The notes: generated by a model from the sequence alone, not told the origin. A stretch of 64,000 nucleotides of DNA from Candidatus Multivoradales bacterium (GCA_965223155.1 CBDCVR010000014.1:288001-352000); one strand, 5' to 3'. Shown: positions 1 through 10,577, numbered from the stretch's first letter. Numbers and translations are program-made.

Positions 1-829
1 CCTCGCCCGGCAGGAAGCCGCGGGACTTGCGATCGTAGACCGCCATCTCGCCGGGACTCAGCGCTCCGAGCCGGGAAAAGCCCACCAGCTCGAAGGGATC
101 GAGGCTCAAATCGACGCCGCCGGCGAGCGCCACGTCGAGCTGCCCGGCGACCAGGGCGTTGCAGGCGTTCGCGATACTCAACAAGGACGACGCGCAAGCT
201 CCGTCCACTGTGTACCCGCCGCCGCCGAGGCCGAAGTGACCGCAGATACGGCCGGCGATCGTGTTGGCAAGCCCGCCGGCCAAGCTCTCGTCGGTCACCG
301 GCGCGAAAGGCGCCTTGTAGGCTTCCTCCAGACGCTCCAGGAAACGCCGGCCGCGCTCCGTGGGCCAGCCCTCCTCGGCCAGGAGCCCGGCGACCGTGCG
401 CTCCACGAACGGCCAACGCAACCTGAGACTGCTGGCGCGCGATTGGTCCCCGGTAAGTGAGTTCCCCACCACGACGCCAGTGGCCGCCCGCGGCAAGTCC
501 TCCCCGGCCGGGAACCCGGCGTCGCCCAGCGCGTCGGCCGCCACCTCGAGCGCCAGCCAGTGGGCCATATCCGCCGATCGATAGGTCGCCAGGGGCACCC
601 GGAACCGGGCGCGATCGAACTCGTACCCCTCCAAGACCGCGGCGCGCCGAACGTAGAGCGCGTCGCCATCGTCCGGGTCGGAGTTCCAGTAGTCCTCCAG
701 GCGCAGACGGCTCGGGGGAATCGCGCGAAAGGCGCGCCGCTGGCTCAGGACGTTGCGCCACAGCTCCTCCGGACCACCGGCATCCGGATACCGGCACGCC
801 ATGCCGACGATGGCGATCGCCGAGGTCAC
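1..829 (-). CDS. pksE: Enediyne iterative type I PKS, N-terminal KS domain (partial, runs off window start)
   Basis: Manual translation from GTG 829: MTSAIAIVGMACRYPDAGGPEELWRNVLSQRRAFRAIPPSRLRLEDYW...GNSLTGDQSRASSLRLRWP...GYTVDGACASSLL. KS catalytic Cys and PksE-typical motifs. GTGA overlap with the unbU stop. Confidence 0.95.
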   Translation of the reverse strand, partial: MTSAIAIVGMACRYPDAGGPEELWRNVLSQRRAFRAIPPSRLRLEDYWNSDPDDGDALYVRRAAVLEGYEFDRARFRVPLATYRSADMAHWLALEVAADALGDAGFPAGEDLPRAATGVVVGNSLTGDQSRASSLRLRWPFVERTVAGLLAEEGWPTERGRRFLERLEEAYKAPFAPVTDESLAGGLANTIAGRICGHFGLGGGGYTVDGACASSLLSIANACNALVAGQLDVALAGGVDLSLDPFELVGFSRLGALSPGEMAVYDRKSRGFLPGE

Positions 830-1740
830 GGCGCCGACCTTCCAGGTAGCGCCGCCGGAGCGCCTTCGGCCACGGCCGGCGCCTGGACCAGGGCCGCCAC
901 CGATAGCCACAGCCCGCGTCCGCAGCAGACGATCGTCAAGGCGAAGAAGAAGCCGAACACCACATGGCTAGTCATGAGGAGGCCGTAGACCGCCGCCACG
1001 CTGACGCCGAACGCCACCTGGCCCGCCCTGCCTCGTGGCGTGGTCGCGGGGTCGCTCACCATGTAGAAGGAAAAGAGCAGAAAGGCGACCCCGGTAGCCG
1101 GCACCAGACCGGCCGTCCAGGGCATGTCAAACAGGGCTGCCCGCAACAGGGCCTGCACCGCAAAGCCGGAGCCCCACGCCAAGATGAGCACGATCTTCTT
1201 CGTGTACCGGGCATTGAGCAGCGAGCCAGAGACCACGATCACGGCCGGGAGGATCCAGTCGCCGGCGCCACTCAGGTTCTCGGTGAACATGTACGGTGGC
1301 GCGATACCGACCCACGGAAACAGCAGCAGCGTGGCGGTGATGCCGAAGTTCGAAGGATTCAGAAAGTGCCGCTTGGAACCGTTCCAGCCGACGCGCAGCA
1401 CCGCCTTGGAACCGATTGCGACCGCCGAGGCGAAGGCGATCGGCGCCAGTCGCGAGTTTGCGTAGAGCAGCATCGAGACCGCCAACCCCGTGATGTGCGC
1501 CGAGAGCAGGAAATCGACCATGCGCACGACGCCGCCGGCGAAACGGGGCTGGCGGCCCTCGCTCCAGGCACGCGACCACTCGATCAGGAGCTCGAGCAGG
1601 TAGGCGGTTCCTATGCCGACCAGCGGCTGCGCCCAGGACTGTTCGAATCCGAAGACCGTATGGCCGAGGACGTTGAACAGGGTGATAGCGATGGCAAACC
1701 GCCGCAACGCGGCCAACCGGGGATCCGCCCAACCGCTCAT
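826..1740 (-). CDS. unbU: Enediyne biosynthesis membrane protein UnbU/E5 (RnfD-like)
   Basis: MSGWADPRLAALRRFAIAIT...HFLNPSNFGI...MVSDPATTP. Position between unbV and pksE; ATGA coupling to unbV. Confidence 0.93.
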   Translation of the reverse strand: MSGWADPRLAALRRFAIAITLFNVLGHTVFGFEQSWAQPLVGIGTAYLLELLIEWSRAWSEGRQPRFAGGVVRMVDFLLSAHITGLAVSMLLYANSRLAPIAFASAVAIGSKAVLRVGWNGSKRHFLNPSNFGITATLLLFPWVGIAPPYMFTENLSGAGDWILPAVIVVSGSLLNARYTKKIVLILAWGSGFAVQALLRAALFDMPWTAGLVPATGVAFLLFSFYMVSDPATTPRGRAGQVAFGVSVAAVYGLLMTSHVVFGFFFALTIVCCGRGLWLSVAALVQAPAVAEGAPAALPGRSAP

Positions 1741-3719
1741 CCGCGCACCGCCGCTTCCACCAGAGCCGTGCGGCACAGACGCAATCGATGCCTGCCCGGC
1801 GGCAAGCGCAGCCGCTGCGACCGAGGCACGCCGCGCCGGTCGCGCCAAGCCAGCTCGACCTGGACGTTCGGTCTCCCCTGGGAGTCGCCGGCCGGCGGGC
1901 CGAGACCGAAGTGAAGCGCCGGGCTGCGCACACCGGAGTGTCCGCTGCCACCGTCTACCTGGCCGACCAAGACCTTGCCACCCTCCCGGAGCACCCGGGC
2001 GGTAGCGCCCACGGCCGCTCGGCTCGGCGCCTCCGACTCGCAACCGCCCTCCGCAGGACCGGCGGGCAGACGCAGGTCCAGAACGAGCGATCGGCCCGGG
2101 CCGGTCTGGACGTTGCGGTACAGGTAGGAAGGCTCCCATTGGTTGGCGACCGCGAGGTCCAGATCGCCGTCCCCGTCCACGTCTCCGGTCGCGATCCCAC
2201 GGGTGACTTGCTCGCCCCCGAGCCCCACCGCCGGCGCCACGTCCCAGAAGCGCCCGTCGGCCGCCGCCACGAAGAATCCGTTGGCTTCGTGGCCGCTCAG
2301 GTCGTCGCCCTCGCGCAGCCGCGGCCAGCTTCCGGGAAAGCGCAGCATCCAGTCGTTGCCCATCGCCAGCTCATGCAGCTCCGGCCAGCGGTCTACCGAG
2401 CCGCGCACGAAGCCGGTGGCCTGAACCGCTTCCAGCCGCCCGTCGTTGTCGAAGTCTCCGAACCGCGCTTCCCAGGCCCACGAGCTGCGCGACAGGCCCA
2501 ACTCCTCCGAGGCGTCCCGGTACGGAGCGATTCCTCGGGCAAGCCGTTCCGCGAAGCCTCCAGCCCGGCTCAGATAGAGAAAATGACTCTCTTCCAGGGC
2601 GTACTCGGCCGCGATGTTGCTGACGTAGATGTCGAAGAGGCCATCCCCGTTGACGTCCCCGAAGTCGACGCCCATCCCCTTGAACGAATCCCGCCCCAGG
2701 ATCTTGGAGGCCGGAGTGGTCAGGCCGCGCCGTCCTTCCACGAGAGCGAATTTGGGCCGGCCCGGAACCGAGCGATTGTGGAGCAACCGGTCGGGGCCGA
2801 AATCGTTGGCAAAGTAGAGTTCCGGAAGCAAGTCTCCGTCCAGGTCAGCGGCGCCGAGCGCCAGGGTCCAAGCGCGGCCGACGCGACCCGCGAAGGCGTC
2901 CGGCACCTCTTCGAACCTGGGCAGCGAACCCGTCTCGGTGGGCGGCGACCAGAGCAGGAGCCGGTTGCCGCCGCCGTTGGCGGCTCGCGACATCGACTCC
3001 TGCATCCGCGCCGGCTTGCCGCCTTCCCCATCCAGGATTCCCGAGCCATCCTGGAAGTAGTTGCCGAACACCAGATCAGGATGCCCGTCGCCGTCAACGT
3101 CGGCCCGCGCCGCGGCGTTCGTGTACCAGCGCTCGCCATCGGCGGTCAGGGGCATGGCTCGGAAGCCGGCCGCCGCCAGGCCGGCCGAGACCGGCCGCGC
3201 GAAGTAGGCCACCGGCCCGCGGCCCCAGAAGTAGACGAGCAGGTCCAGCCGGCCGTCTTCGTCCAGGTCGCCCGGCAGGCAGCCCATTGGCGCCGTCGTC
3301 TCGGAGAGCGGGCCAGAGCGTTGGGCCACGCCCGGGAGCTCCCGAAGATCCAGTTCGAACGGTTCGTATCGATGCGCGGTCCCGGGCGCCGGCAGAACCG
3401 AGACCGAGTCCGTCCTGGGATCCACCAGACACACATCGTTGTCAAGGCCGTCGCCGTCCAGGTCCGCCAGCGCCACGGCGGCTCCCACCGAGGAAATCCA
3501 GGCCGCGATGTGCTCGAGGTCCGGATGCACCGTCCGAACCGTCCGGGATGGCACCGTCCATCCATCGCCGCTGTCGCCGGCCCGCAAGGGCAGCCGCTCG
3601 AACCGGAAACGCTCCGCCAACGCCGAGCGCTCGGTCTGGGCCAGGCGCGGAAGCCGAACGAAGCCCGCCAGTATCGTGGGCACCAGGATCGCAACGGCGA
3701 CGGGAAGGATTCGCCTCAC
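1737..3719 (-). CDS. unbV: Enediyne biosynthesis protein UnbV/E4 (FG-GAP repeats + ASPIC/UnbV domain)
   Basis: IAAWISSVGAAVALADLDGDGLDNDVCLVDPR, repeated DxDGDG motifs, RWPELHELAMGND, C-terminal QVDGGSGHSG...LHFGLG. In-frame GTG at 3719 with GAAGGAG RBS. Confidence 0.93.
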   Translation of the reverse strand: MRRILPVAVAILVPTILAGFVRLPRLAQTERSALAERFRFERLPLRAGDSGDGWTVPSRTVRTVHPDLEHIAAWISSVGAAVALADLDGDGLDNDVCLVDPRTDSVSVLPAPGTAHRYEPFELDLRELPGVAQRSGPLSETTAPMGCLPGDLDEDGRLDLLVYFWGRGPVAYFARPVSAGLAAAGFRAMPLTADGERWYTNAAARADVDGDGHPDLVFGNYFQDGSGILDGEGGKPARMQESMSRAANGGGNRLLLWSPPTETGSLPRFEEVPDAFAGRVGRAWTLALGAADLDGDLLPELYFANDFGPDRLLHNRSVPGRPKFALVEGRRGLTTPASKILGRDSFKGMGVDFGDVNGDGLFDIYVSNIAAEYALEESHFLYLSRAGGFAERLARGIAPYRDASEELGLSRSSWAWEARFGDFDNDGRLEAVQATGFVRGSVDRWPELHELAMGNDWMLRFPGSWPRLREGDDLSGHEANGFFVAAADGRFWDVAPAVGLGGEQVTRGIATGDVDGDGDLDLAVANQWEPSYLYRNVQTGPGRSLVLDLRLPAGPAEGGCESEAPSRAAVGATARVLREGGKVLVGQVDGGSGHSGVRSPALHFGLGPPAGDSQGRPNVQVELAWRDRRGVPRSQRLRLPPGRHRLRLCRTALVEAAVRG

Positions 3720-3750
3720 CGCGACGGCTCCTTCGGATTCCGCTCGAAGC

Positions 3751-4701
3751 TCATAGCGAAGCCCACCTGACCTCAGGCGCTGCACCGCCCAGACCGGCGC
3801 GCAGCCGCGCCCGCCAGCGCTCGTACCCGGACGGGTCGAGCTCGTCCCGCGGACGGCTCCGCTCGGCCCACTCGGCGGCGCCTGTCCCATCCAGGCCGAC
3901 CAGTGCCTGGCACGCGCTCTCGGTCGCCCACGGAATTCGTCCAGCCTGCCGCCGCGCGGCGGCCGCGAATGCCGATCCTTGAGCCAGGTGAGCGCGGAAT
4001 TGGGCCGCGCACTCGACGAGCACGTCCAGCGCCTCCGGACCGGCGCCTCCGGCGTAGGTCGCCGCCAGCCCGACTCCCGACCAGAGGTCGCCCCGGCGAG
4101 GGAACGCGAACCGATCGATCGTGGCGCTGATGCCCTCGGCATCGGCGCAGTTCGAGAACCAGAGCGACCGGCCCAGTCCCTGATCGAAGGCACGCAGTCC
4201 GTACCCGGTCAGCGAGCGCGGTCTGAGCTGGCGCCCGACCGCCGGTTCAGTTCGGAAATACCCGTGGTGAAATCCGTAGCCATCGAAGGCGAGCCAACGC
4301 AGCATCGGGCGGAGGGTGCGTACGAGCTTGCCCTCGGCCCACCGCACCCGGGCGATCGCCCAGCCAACCCCGACATGGATCAAGTACGCGTAGCGGGGAC
4401 CGAAGCGATCCAGGAACGCCGGTAGGCGGTGAACTCCGCGCGGATCCAAGGCGTCCAGAAGAGCACACGCCATGGCTGCGCCTTCGACCGCAAAGCCAGC
4501 GCTCTCGACATCTTCTTCGAGCTCGCCCAACTCGAGACGTGCTCCGCCGCCAGCCGCCAGGGCGAGGTGGTATCCGGACAGAAAGGCCCGCCCAACGCCC
4601 TCGAGGTGCCCGCGCACAGCCGGATCTCCCATCGCAAACCCGCGCTCTCGAAAAAGCACCGCAGAAGGAGCGATGCGCAGAATTCGGAGCAGTAGCTTCA
4701 C
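3751..4701 (-). CDS. unbL: Enediyne biosynthesis protein UnbL/E3 (DUF1702)
   Basis: GFAVEGAAM, HVGVGWA, DGYGFHHGYF, FDQGLGRSLWF, DLWSGVGLAATYAGG motifs. First gene of the cassette. Confidence 0.93.
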   Translation of the reverse strand: MKLLLRILRIAPSAVLFRERGFAMGDPAVRGHLEGVGRAFLSGYHLALAAGGGARLELGELEEDVESAGFAVEGAAMACALLDALDPRGVHRLPAFLDRFGPRYAYLIHVGVGWAIARVRWAEGKLVRTLRPMLRWLAFDGYGFHHGYFRTEPAVGRQLRPRSLTGYGLRAFDQGLGRSLWFSNCADAEGISATIDRFAFPRRGDLWSGVGLAATYAGGAGPEALDVLVECAAQFRAHLAQGSAFAAAARRQAGRIPWATESACQALVGLDGTGAAEWAERSRPRDELDPSGYERWRARLRAGLGGAAPEVRWASL

Positions 4702-4887
4702 GACGACGTCCAGAGTGTTCCCATCCGAGTCGGTACCCCGTCGTCAGGAACCGCGAGTTGCAAGCGTCCAACACAGGCAGCGAGCCGATCCCTTCGACCT
4801 CGGATCCGACCTTTGGTTTGCTTGATGCCGTCAGTCTAGTGACGCTGCGCGATCCTGGCTCGTCGCCATTTTCGAATTCCAAGTCAC

Positions 4888-4918
4888 TTCTTCGACAGAA
4901 TGCGACAAATTTTTCGAT
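4888..4918 (-). promoter_or_regulatory. Candidate regulator-binding direct repeat upstream of unbL
   Basis: TTCGACAGAA/TGCGACAAAT repeat with 10-bp period in an AT-richer intergenic stretch between the AraC gene and unbL. Confidence 0.3.
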
Positions 4919-5037
4919 CCCGCTCGGCTGCGTCAGCTCGAGGGGAGGTCGAGGGCCGGTTGAGAGTAGGTCCGGCACCGTGCCGGTCGAGAGACTCCGA
5001 CCCAGCGGGTTGGCTACACCGGGTGTGGGAACCGGCC

Positions 5038-5403
5038 CTAGCTCGGCCGGTGACGGTTCTTGAATGAACGAGGCGTCTGGCCAGTGACGCGCTTGAAGGC
5101 GCGCTCGAACGTCCGAAGATCCCGATAGCCCACCGAATAGGCAAGCTCCGTAATGGTCGTATTGCGCTCCCGGATTCTCTGCTTGGCTCGCTCCACGCGC
5201 AAATGGTTGACCCATTGATTGAAAGGAACCCCGGTCTTGGCGCGAAAGAAGCTCGAGAAGTAGGCGGGGGACAAGCCCGCCACCTCGGCAACCTGGGTCA
5301 GCCCGATGTTCCGGTCCAGATTTCGCTCGACGTACTGCTGAACGCGGCTCAACCGTCTGTAGTAGCGAAACGCAGCACGATTGATCCGGCTCTCGTCGAA
5401 CAT
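5038..5403 (-). CDS. Stand-alone AraC-family HTH regulator (MarA/SoxS-like size)
   Basis: LTQVAEVAGLSPAYFSSFFRAKTG...ITELAYSVGYRDLRTFERAFKRVTGQTP; about 121 aa with no sensor domain. Confidence 0.9.
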   Translation of the reverse strand: MFDESRINRAAFRYYRRLSRVQQYVERNLDRNIGLTQVAEVAGLSPAYFSSFFRAKTGVPFNQWVNHLRVERAKQRIRERNTTITELAYSVGYRDLRTFERAFKRVTGQTPRSFKNRHRPS

Positions 5404-5626
5404 CCGGCCCGACACTCCCTCCAAGAAGACTGATCTTTTGAATTGTTACAGGCAAGCTTACACCATTCCGCGCTCGCGCCAACTCCTGATCTCGCACCTT
5501 GAGGATCGGCAAGGCGGGAGAAGCCAGCTCTCTTGCTTCGGCGCTACGGTGGAAGCACCTCACCGCCTAGGAACCTAGCCCGCACTCGGCTGGCCTTTCG
5601 AACACCGACGAAGAAGGAGTCTGACC

Positions 5627-6196
5627 ATGTTTCCAAAACCCGGCATCGACCTCGTCCAGCACGAACTTCGAGTTGACCTCTTTGGCGACCGCGACGGTAA
5701 GGAGGAACGCCTCGAGACGCTCGTGTTCGAAGGGCGCATGCTCCTCGAACGGGGAGGCGCCAGCCGCGACAAGGAAGGGACGCGACGCATCGACTTCCGG
5801 GTCCGCCGCTGGGAGGCGACCGCCTGGAGCGACACCCTCGACGCAGTCGTCACCTATGCCACCGGCGACAACGAGCAGCCGCTCAGCTATATCGTGTCGG
5901 AAGGCGCCGAGTCCGACTATCCCGCGACCCTCACGTTCAACGTCGTCTTCGACGCCTATCTCGACGGAGAGCTGGTCTTCCGGGCTCACGAGGGCCGGCC
6001 GGAAGGCCACGGCTTTCTCGAGATCCCGCCCAGCGGCTACCGCAAGTCGAGCCCGACGATCACCAGTTTCGAGGACACCCTGATCGAGGCCAAGCATCCG
6101 AAGCTGGGCGTCCTGCGCTTCAAGCCGCGCGACTGCAACGACCAGAACAGCGTCACCCTGAAGAGCTTCCCGGACGACAGAGAACGCGCGATCTAG
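5627..6196 (+). CDS. Hypothetical soluble protein (189 aa) divergent from the enediyne cassette
   Basis: Strong GAAGGAG RBS, GC3-biased codons, beta-rich-looking sequence. Family not confidently recognised. Confidence 0.8.
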   Translation: MFPKPGIDLVQHELRVDLFGDRDGKEERLETLVFEGRMLLERGGASRDKEGTRRIDFRVRRWEATAWSDTLDAVVTYATGDNEQPLSYIVSEGAESDYPATLTFNVVFDAYLDGELVFRAHEGRPEGHGFLEIPPSGYRKSSPTITSFEDTLIEAKHPKLGVLRFKPRDCNDQNSVTLKSFPDDRERAI

Positions 6197-6343
6197 ATCT
6201 AGAGGTTCGACCGCCCGGGTCGCGGTCCCGGGGCAACCCACCGCGATCCAGCCGCTTCCGGCTGCGGCGGCCAGATCCTCGCCAGCACCGGGTCGAGTCG
6301 ATGCCGAGGAGGACTCCGGGCAGCGTTGCGCCCGATGGGTTCT

Positions 6344-6775
6344 CTACCTCGGCCCGGCCCCAGCCCCGGCCCCGGCTCGACGGGCCAGCCAGGTCATGAC
6401 CAGCCCCAGGACCACGGTCAGCGGGCCTTCGACCCAGGCCCAGGCCGGAGGCAGGCCGGCCCAAAAAGCCACGGCGGTGAGGAAAACGCCCAAGACACAG
6501 ACCAGTCTGCCCATGAAGCTGATGAGGTCCAGATACCGTTCAACCTCGCGACTGGCGTAGAGAGTCAGAGCGCCTAGAAGCGCGTACACCGCCGAGAGCG
6601 AGCGAGTCAGGTACTCCATCAGCGGCGAGCTCTGGTACGGCTCGAGGCCGAGCGCGTCGTTGGCCGCCGCCATCCAGCCGGTCGGCATGACCGCGGTGAA
6701 GAGCGCCGAGGCCGCGACCACTCCCAGGAGCCGCAAGACCCAGGTCAGAACCTTCCGCGCGGTCGTGGCAAGCAC
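6344..6775 (-). CDS. Hypothetical 4-TM membrane protein
   Basis: Four hydrophobic segments; EYLTRSLSAVYALLG motif. Confidence 0.7.
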   Translation of the reverse strand: MLATTARKVLTWVLRLLGVVAASALFTAVMPTGWMAAANDALGLEPYQSSPLMEYLTRSLSAVYALLGALTLYASREVERYLDLISFMGRLVCVLGVFLTAVAFWAGLPPAWAWVEGPLTVVLGLVMTWLARRAGAGAGAGPR

Positions 6776-7029
6776 GTCGCAACCCTATAAGGCACCGCCG
6801 GACGCCGCAACCGGTGCCCGCCTCTCGAACGGCGGAAGCACCCGCGGCCGAACCGATCCCGGCAGCGACGGAGGGCGGCGGGCCGAGCCACTACTCCTTG
6901 CTAAGCTGTCGCCCCGACGTGAGCCCGACTCTTCCCGCCGGCCTCGAAGCCGCGCACTTTCGCATCGACGGCCTCCTCGGCAACGAAGGCATCGCCAGCG
7001 AGTACGTCCACGTAATCACTCCCGCCGCG

Positions 7030-7313
7030 GAACTCGTGGCCGAGGTTTCGGTCGGCCGGTCTTTGCCTCCGACGGCTCGTTTGTGGGCTTCGATCCCTCC
7101 GGCCGGAATCTCGTGGCACACCTCTACCGCGCCGGCGGGACCAACCTGTGGCTCGTGCCTCTCGACGGCTCGGAGTGGGTCCAACTGACCGACCGCGACC
7201 ACCGCCTCGAAGACTACATCCGAGACGCCGCTTGGAGTCCCGACGGCCAGCAGCTGGTCGTTTCCAAAGACAAGTACCTGAGCGATGCGGTTCTGATCGA
7301 GGGGTTTTCCTAG
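7030..7313 (+). pseudogene. C-terminal fragment of a TolB/PD40 beta-propeller protein
   Basis: TNLWLVPLDGSEWVQLTD...AAWSPDGQQLVVSK...SDAVLIEGFS*; no N-terminal part or credible start. Confidence 0.7.
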
Positions 7314-7407
7314 CCGGGCCGGAGTCGCCGACCGATCCCGGCGACGCCCGCTCTCGGAGCGCGGGAACCGAGAGGCAAGCGAGCGCAAGACCCGTCCGAC
7401 GGGACGG

Positions 7408-8067
7408 CTAGATTTCGCCGTCTTCCAGCAGCGCCGGACGGATCGCCGGTTCGGACAGATGCCGCGTCCGCAGCCCCCAGAACGCGCCGAAGCCGACGAC
7501 CAGCAGGATCTCCCCCAGGAGAAACACCGGGCCGTCGAGCTTGCCGAGCTTTCCCAGGACGGCCAGCGCCGCGCCGGCAATCATGATCGCGGCCGCGATG
7601 GAATACCCCAGAAGCGGCGGCGTCCGCTTGGCCCGGCCGAGCCGCTTCTTGACCCAGGGCAGCACGACGCCGACGGCGACGATACAGCCGAAGAGCACGA
7701 GAGCGGCGGCACCATGGGCCGACCAGAACCCGTCCTTGTCCTCGGGCGTCGGGATGAACGCCACCAAGACCGCCGAGATTCCGGCCACGTTGAGAAGCAT
7801 CGCCTCCCAACCCCGCCAGCCCTTGTACAGGGCCAAGAAAGCAGCGACCGCGCACAGGGTCCCGACGAACACGTTCCTTTGCAGGTCGGCGCCGTGGTAG
7901 TAGGCGCTCAGGGAGTCCTTGAGCGACCCACCGTCGTAGTGAAAACTCGACAAGACCAGTACGACCGGCAGGGCGAACGCCAGGATCGCCGTCAGTCTCG
8001 AGTAGGCAATGTAGGCGCGTACGATGTGATCGTTTGGTGGGCCGCCGGGTCGTCTCGCCATGGTCAC
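7408..8067 (-). CDS. Hypothetical membrane protein (DUF998-like)
   Basis: SLSAYYH, VFVGTLCAVAAFLALYKG, HGAAALVLF; multiple TM helices. Confidence 0.75.
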   Translation of the reverse strand: MTMARRPGGPPNDHIVRAYIAYSRLTAILAFALPVVLVLSSFHYDGGSLKDSLSAYYHGADLQRNVFVGTLCAVAAFLALYKGWRGWEAMLLNVAGISAVLVAFIPTPEDKDGFWSAHGAAALVLFGCIVAVGVVLPWVKKRLGRAKRTPPLLGYSIAAAIMIAGAALAVLGKLGKLDGPVFLLGEILLVVGFGAFWGLRTRHLSEPAIRPALLEDGEI

Positions 8068-8293
8068 GTCCCTCGCTTTCTGGAAGAAATCTTAGGAATC
8101 TCGTGTCCCTAGTCTAGACGGACCCGGCGATCGGCATTTCTCCGAAATCGCCACCCTGCACCGAGCCCAGCTCTTAGGCAGAACCCCAAAAAATTGAAGG
8201 CCCTGTCCGTAAAGCCGCGTCGCCGGCCAAGACCGTCCGTACCCAGCAGTGCCTGCCGCGAAAATCGCGATTGGCCCTCGTGAGAGTGTCCGC

Positions 8294-9358
8294 CTAGTGA
8301 GGGTGTCCGAAGGAGGTCGCCGCCGCGATATCGATATCGGGGTACTTCGCAACGGCCCGGCGCCACATCCGGTTGAGCTCGCGCCGGCGGAACCAGCGGC
8401 CGTCGAGCATCACGCCTTCCAGCTTCTGGAGATTGCCGATGCCCTTGAGAGGATTCCTCCGGACCAGAATCAGATCGGCCTTCTTCCCCGGCTCGACGGT
8501 CCCGTGCTCCCCAGCGACACCCAGCGCCTGAGCCGCGTTCCAGGTGGCTGCCCGCAACACCTCAGCGTCCGACAGCCCGGCTTCCCGGAGGCTCCTCATT
8601 TCTCGGTGGATCGAGAGTCCCGGAATGACCGTATTGACCGGCGCGTCGGTGCCGACCAGCAGCCCCGCACCGGCTTCATGGAGAGCCCGAACGAACTCCC
8701 GCCGGCGCTCGCGTCCCACGGCAAACTCGTCCACCGAGATCTCTTCTCGTTCGATGAGCTCGGCCAGAAGCGGGATTTTGCTGTTGCGCCAGTACCCCAG
8801 AAGGGGTCTGGGCGCCCACCGATAGTCGCGCCGGTCGAGCTGCGCCAGCATTCGATCCTCGGGGCCGACATAGTCCCCCACGATCAGAGTCGGGCAGCTC
8901 CAGATGCCCGATGTGGCGACCTTCTTGGCTAGAGCTTCGACACCTTCCGCTTCGATCGGAATCGACCCGACGACCCGCCGGAACGTCCATCGTCCTCGCC
9001 AGGGGGAGTCCAGCGTCTCCACCGCGGCGGCAAAGCCCAGCAGGTGCTCCATCGAGCGCATGTTCGTCGCCAGCAGTTTTCGAAGGGGATAGTCCGTCGG
9101 CACGTGACCCACGACCGGCAGGCCGAGGCGGCGGCCTTGCTTCAGGAATACGTCGGTGATCTTGCGGCTCAGGTTCGTGTAGATCTTGATGAAGTCGTAC
9201 CCCAGCGCCGCATAGTCCCTGGCGAGCTGCTTGGCTCTCTTCGTCGTCCAGACGGCGAAGTTGTCGCCGATGAGAGGCGGATCCCCGTCGTTGATCCAGC
9301 TCGCAAGAAAGAGGCTCGGGCCCTCCAAGGCGCAAGCAATCAGGGCAAGACCTTCCAT
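8294..9358 (-). pseudogene. Amidohydrolase-family protein, N-terminally truncated
   Basis: GYDFIKIY, VVGHVP, SMEH, LVGTDA, GTVEPGKKADLILV are present. The N-terminal beta-sandwich and HxH metal motif are missing. Confidence 0.75.
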
Positions 9359-9385
9359 CGGAGGGTCTTGCCTTTTTTCTTGCCC

Positions 9386-10408
9386 TCAGACGCCGGCGGC
9401 TTGCGACCTGAGAAAGCGGAATCCGACGAGTCGCCCTTCGTCTTCATCCCAGAGGTGCAGGCGCGCGCACCGGAGACTGCTGCGAATCGTCAAGCGGGTT
9501 ACGTGCTGTAGTTCCGGCACCCGCTGGAAACACTCTTTCAAGCGGTAGTTCGGAATCCGGCTCGCCAGGTGGTGCACGTGGTGGAAGCCGATGTTGCCGG
9601 TGAACCAGTGAAGCATCGGCGGCAGATCGTAAAACGAGCTGCCCTCGAGAGCCGCTCGGTGGAAGCTCCACTCCGGATGCTCCCGCCAGTAGGTGTCCTC
9701 GAACTGATGCTGGACGTAAAAGAGCCAGACGCCGAGCGCACCGCTAATCAGCGTAATGGGTACCTGCACCAAGAGGAACTTGTCGAGCCCGATCAACAGC
9801 CAGGCGGCCACGGTGATGCTCGCCAAGCACAAGTTCGTCCACATCACGCTCCGCCACTCGCGCTTCCAGCTCCGTGGCAGGTCGAGCGGCAGCCGATGCT
9901 TGATAACGAACTGGTAGAGCGGTCCCGCCAGCAGGAGCACCAACGGATTTCGATAAAGCCGGTACTTGAACCGTCCCCAGCGAGAGCGGGCAACGTACTC
10001 CCGGACCGTCAGCGTCGCGATGTCACCGAAGCCGCGCCGATCCAGGTCGCCGGAGGCACCATGATGGGCCGCATGCGTTCGGCGCCAGTACCGATAGGGC
10101 GTGAGAGTCACGACCCCCAGCAGCCCCCCGACGAGATCGTTGGCGACGCGAGAGCGAAAAAACGCCCCGTGCCCGCAGTCGTGCTGAAAGATAAACAGCC
10201 TGGTCAACAGTCCGGCGGCCGGCAGCGCCGCCAAAAGCGTCAGCCAGTAGGGACCCCGCAGGCTCAACAGCATCAGACCCCAGGTCAGCGCAAAAAGGGC
10301 CGCCGTGGACAGGAGCTGAAACCAGGCCTTGCGGTCCACCGGCCGGCTATAGGCCGCGAGAAGCCGGCTCCAGTACTGACTTTCAGCGGCTGGCGTGGGC
10401 TTGTGCAT
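9386..10408 (-). CDS. Membrane fatty acid desaturase (Bacillus Des/DesA-like)
   Basis: His boxes QHDCGHG, HAAHH, HHVHH; FYVQHQFED. Confidence 0.93.
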   Translation of the reverse strand: MHKPTPAAESQYWSRLLAAYSRPVDRKAWFQLLSTAALFALTWGLMLLSLRGPYWLTLLAALPAAGLLTRLFIFQHDCGHGAFFRSRVANDLVGGLLGVVTLTPYRYWRRTHAAHHGASGDLDRRGFGDIATLTVREYVARSRWGRFKYRLYRNPLVLLLAGPLYQFVIKHRLPLDLPRSWKREWRSVMWTNLCLASITVAAWLLIGLDKFLLVQVPITLISGALGVWLFYVQHQFEDTYWREHPEWSFHRAALEGSSFYDLPPMLHWFTGNIGFHHVHHLASRIPNYRLKECFQRVPELQHVTRLTIRSSLRCARLHLWDEDEGRLVGFRFLRSQAAGV

Positions 10409-10577
10409 CCGTTCCCTCGTTATCCACCGTCTTCATCAGCGATATCTCCCCCTGAATGAGGCTCAAGAGCAGAGGCCCCTTCTTCGCGTACTTCGAGTCG
10501 CAACGGACACCATGAGCCCCAGGCAACAAGCTTCTCCTCGGCTCGATCCCACTCAGCCTCGCCACGACCCATCGAAC

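Noticed and set aside
1788-3770. Long antisense ORFs (e.g. 1788-3770, 20138-21769, 35962-37641, 56542-58146)
   Set aside because: Shadow ORFs of real genes in high-GC DNA with no recognisable motifs.
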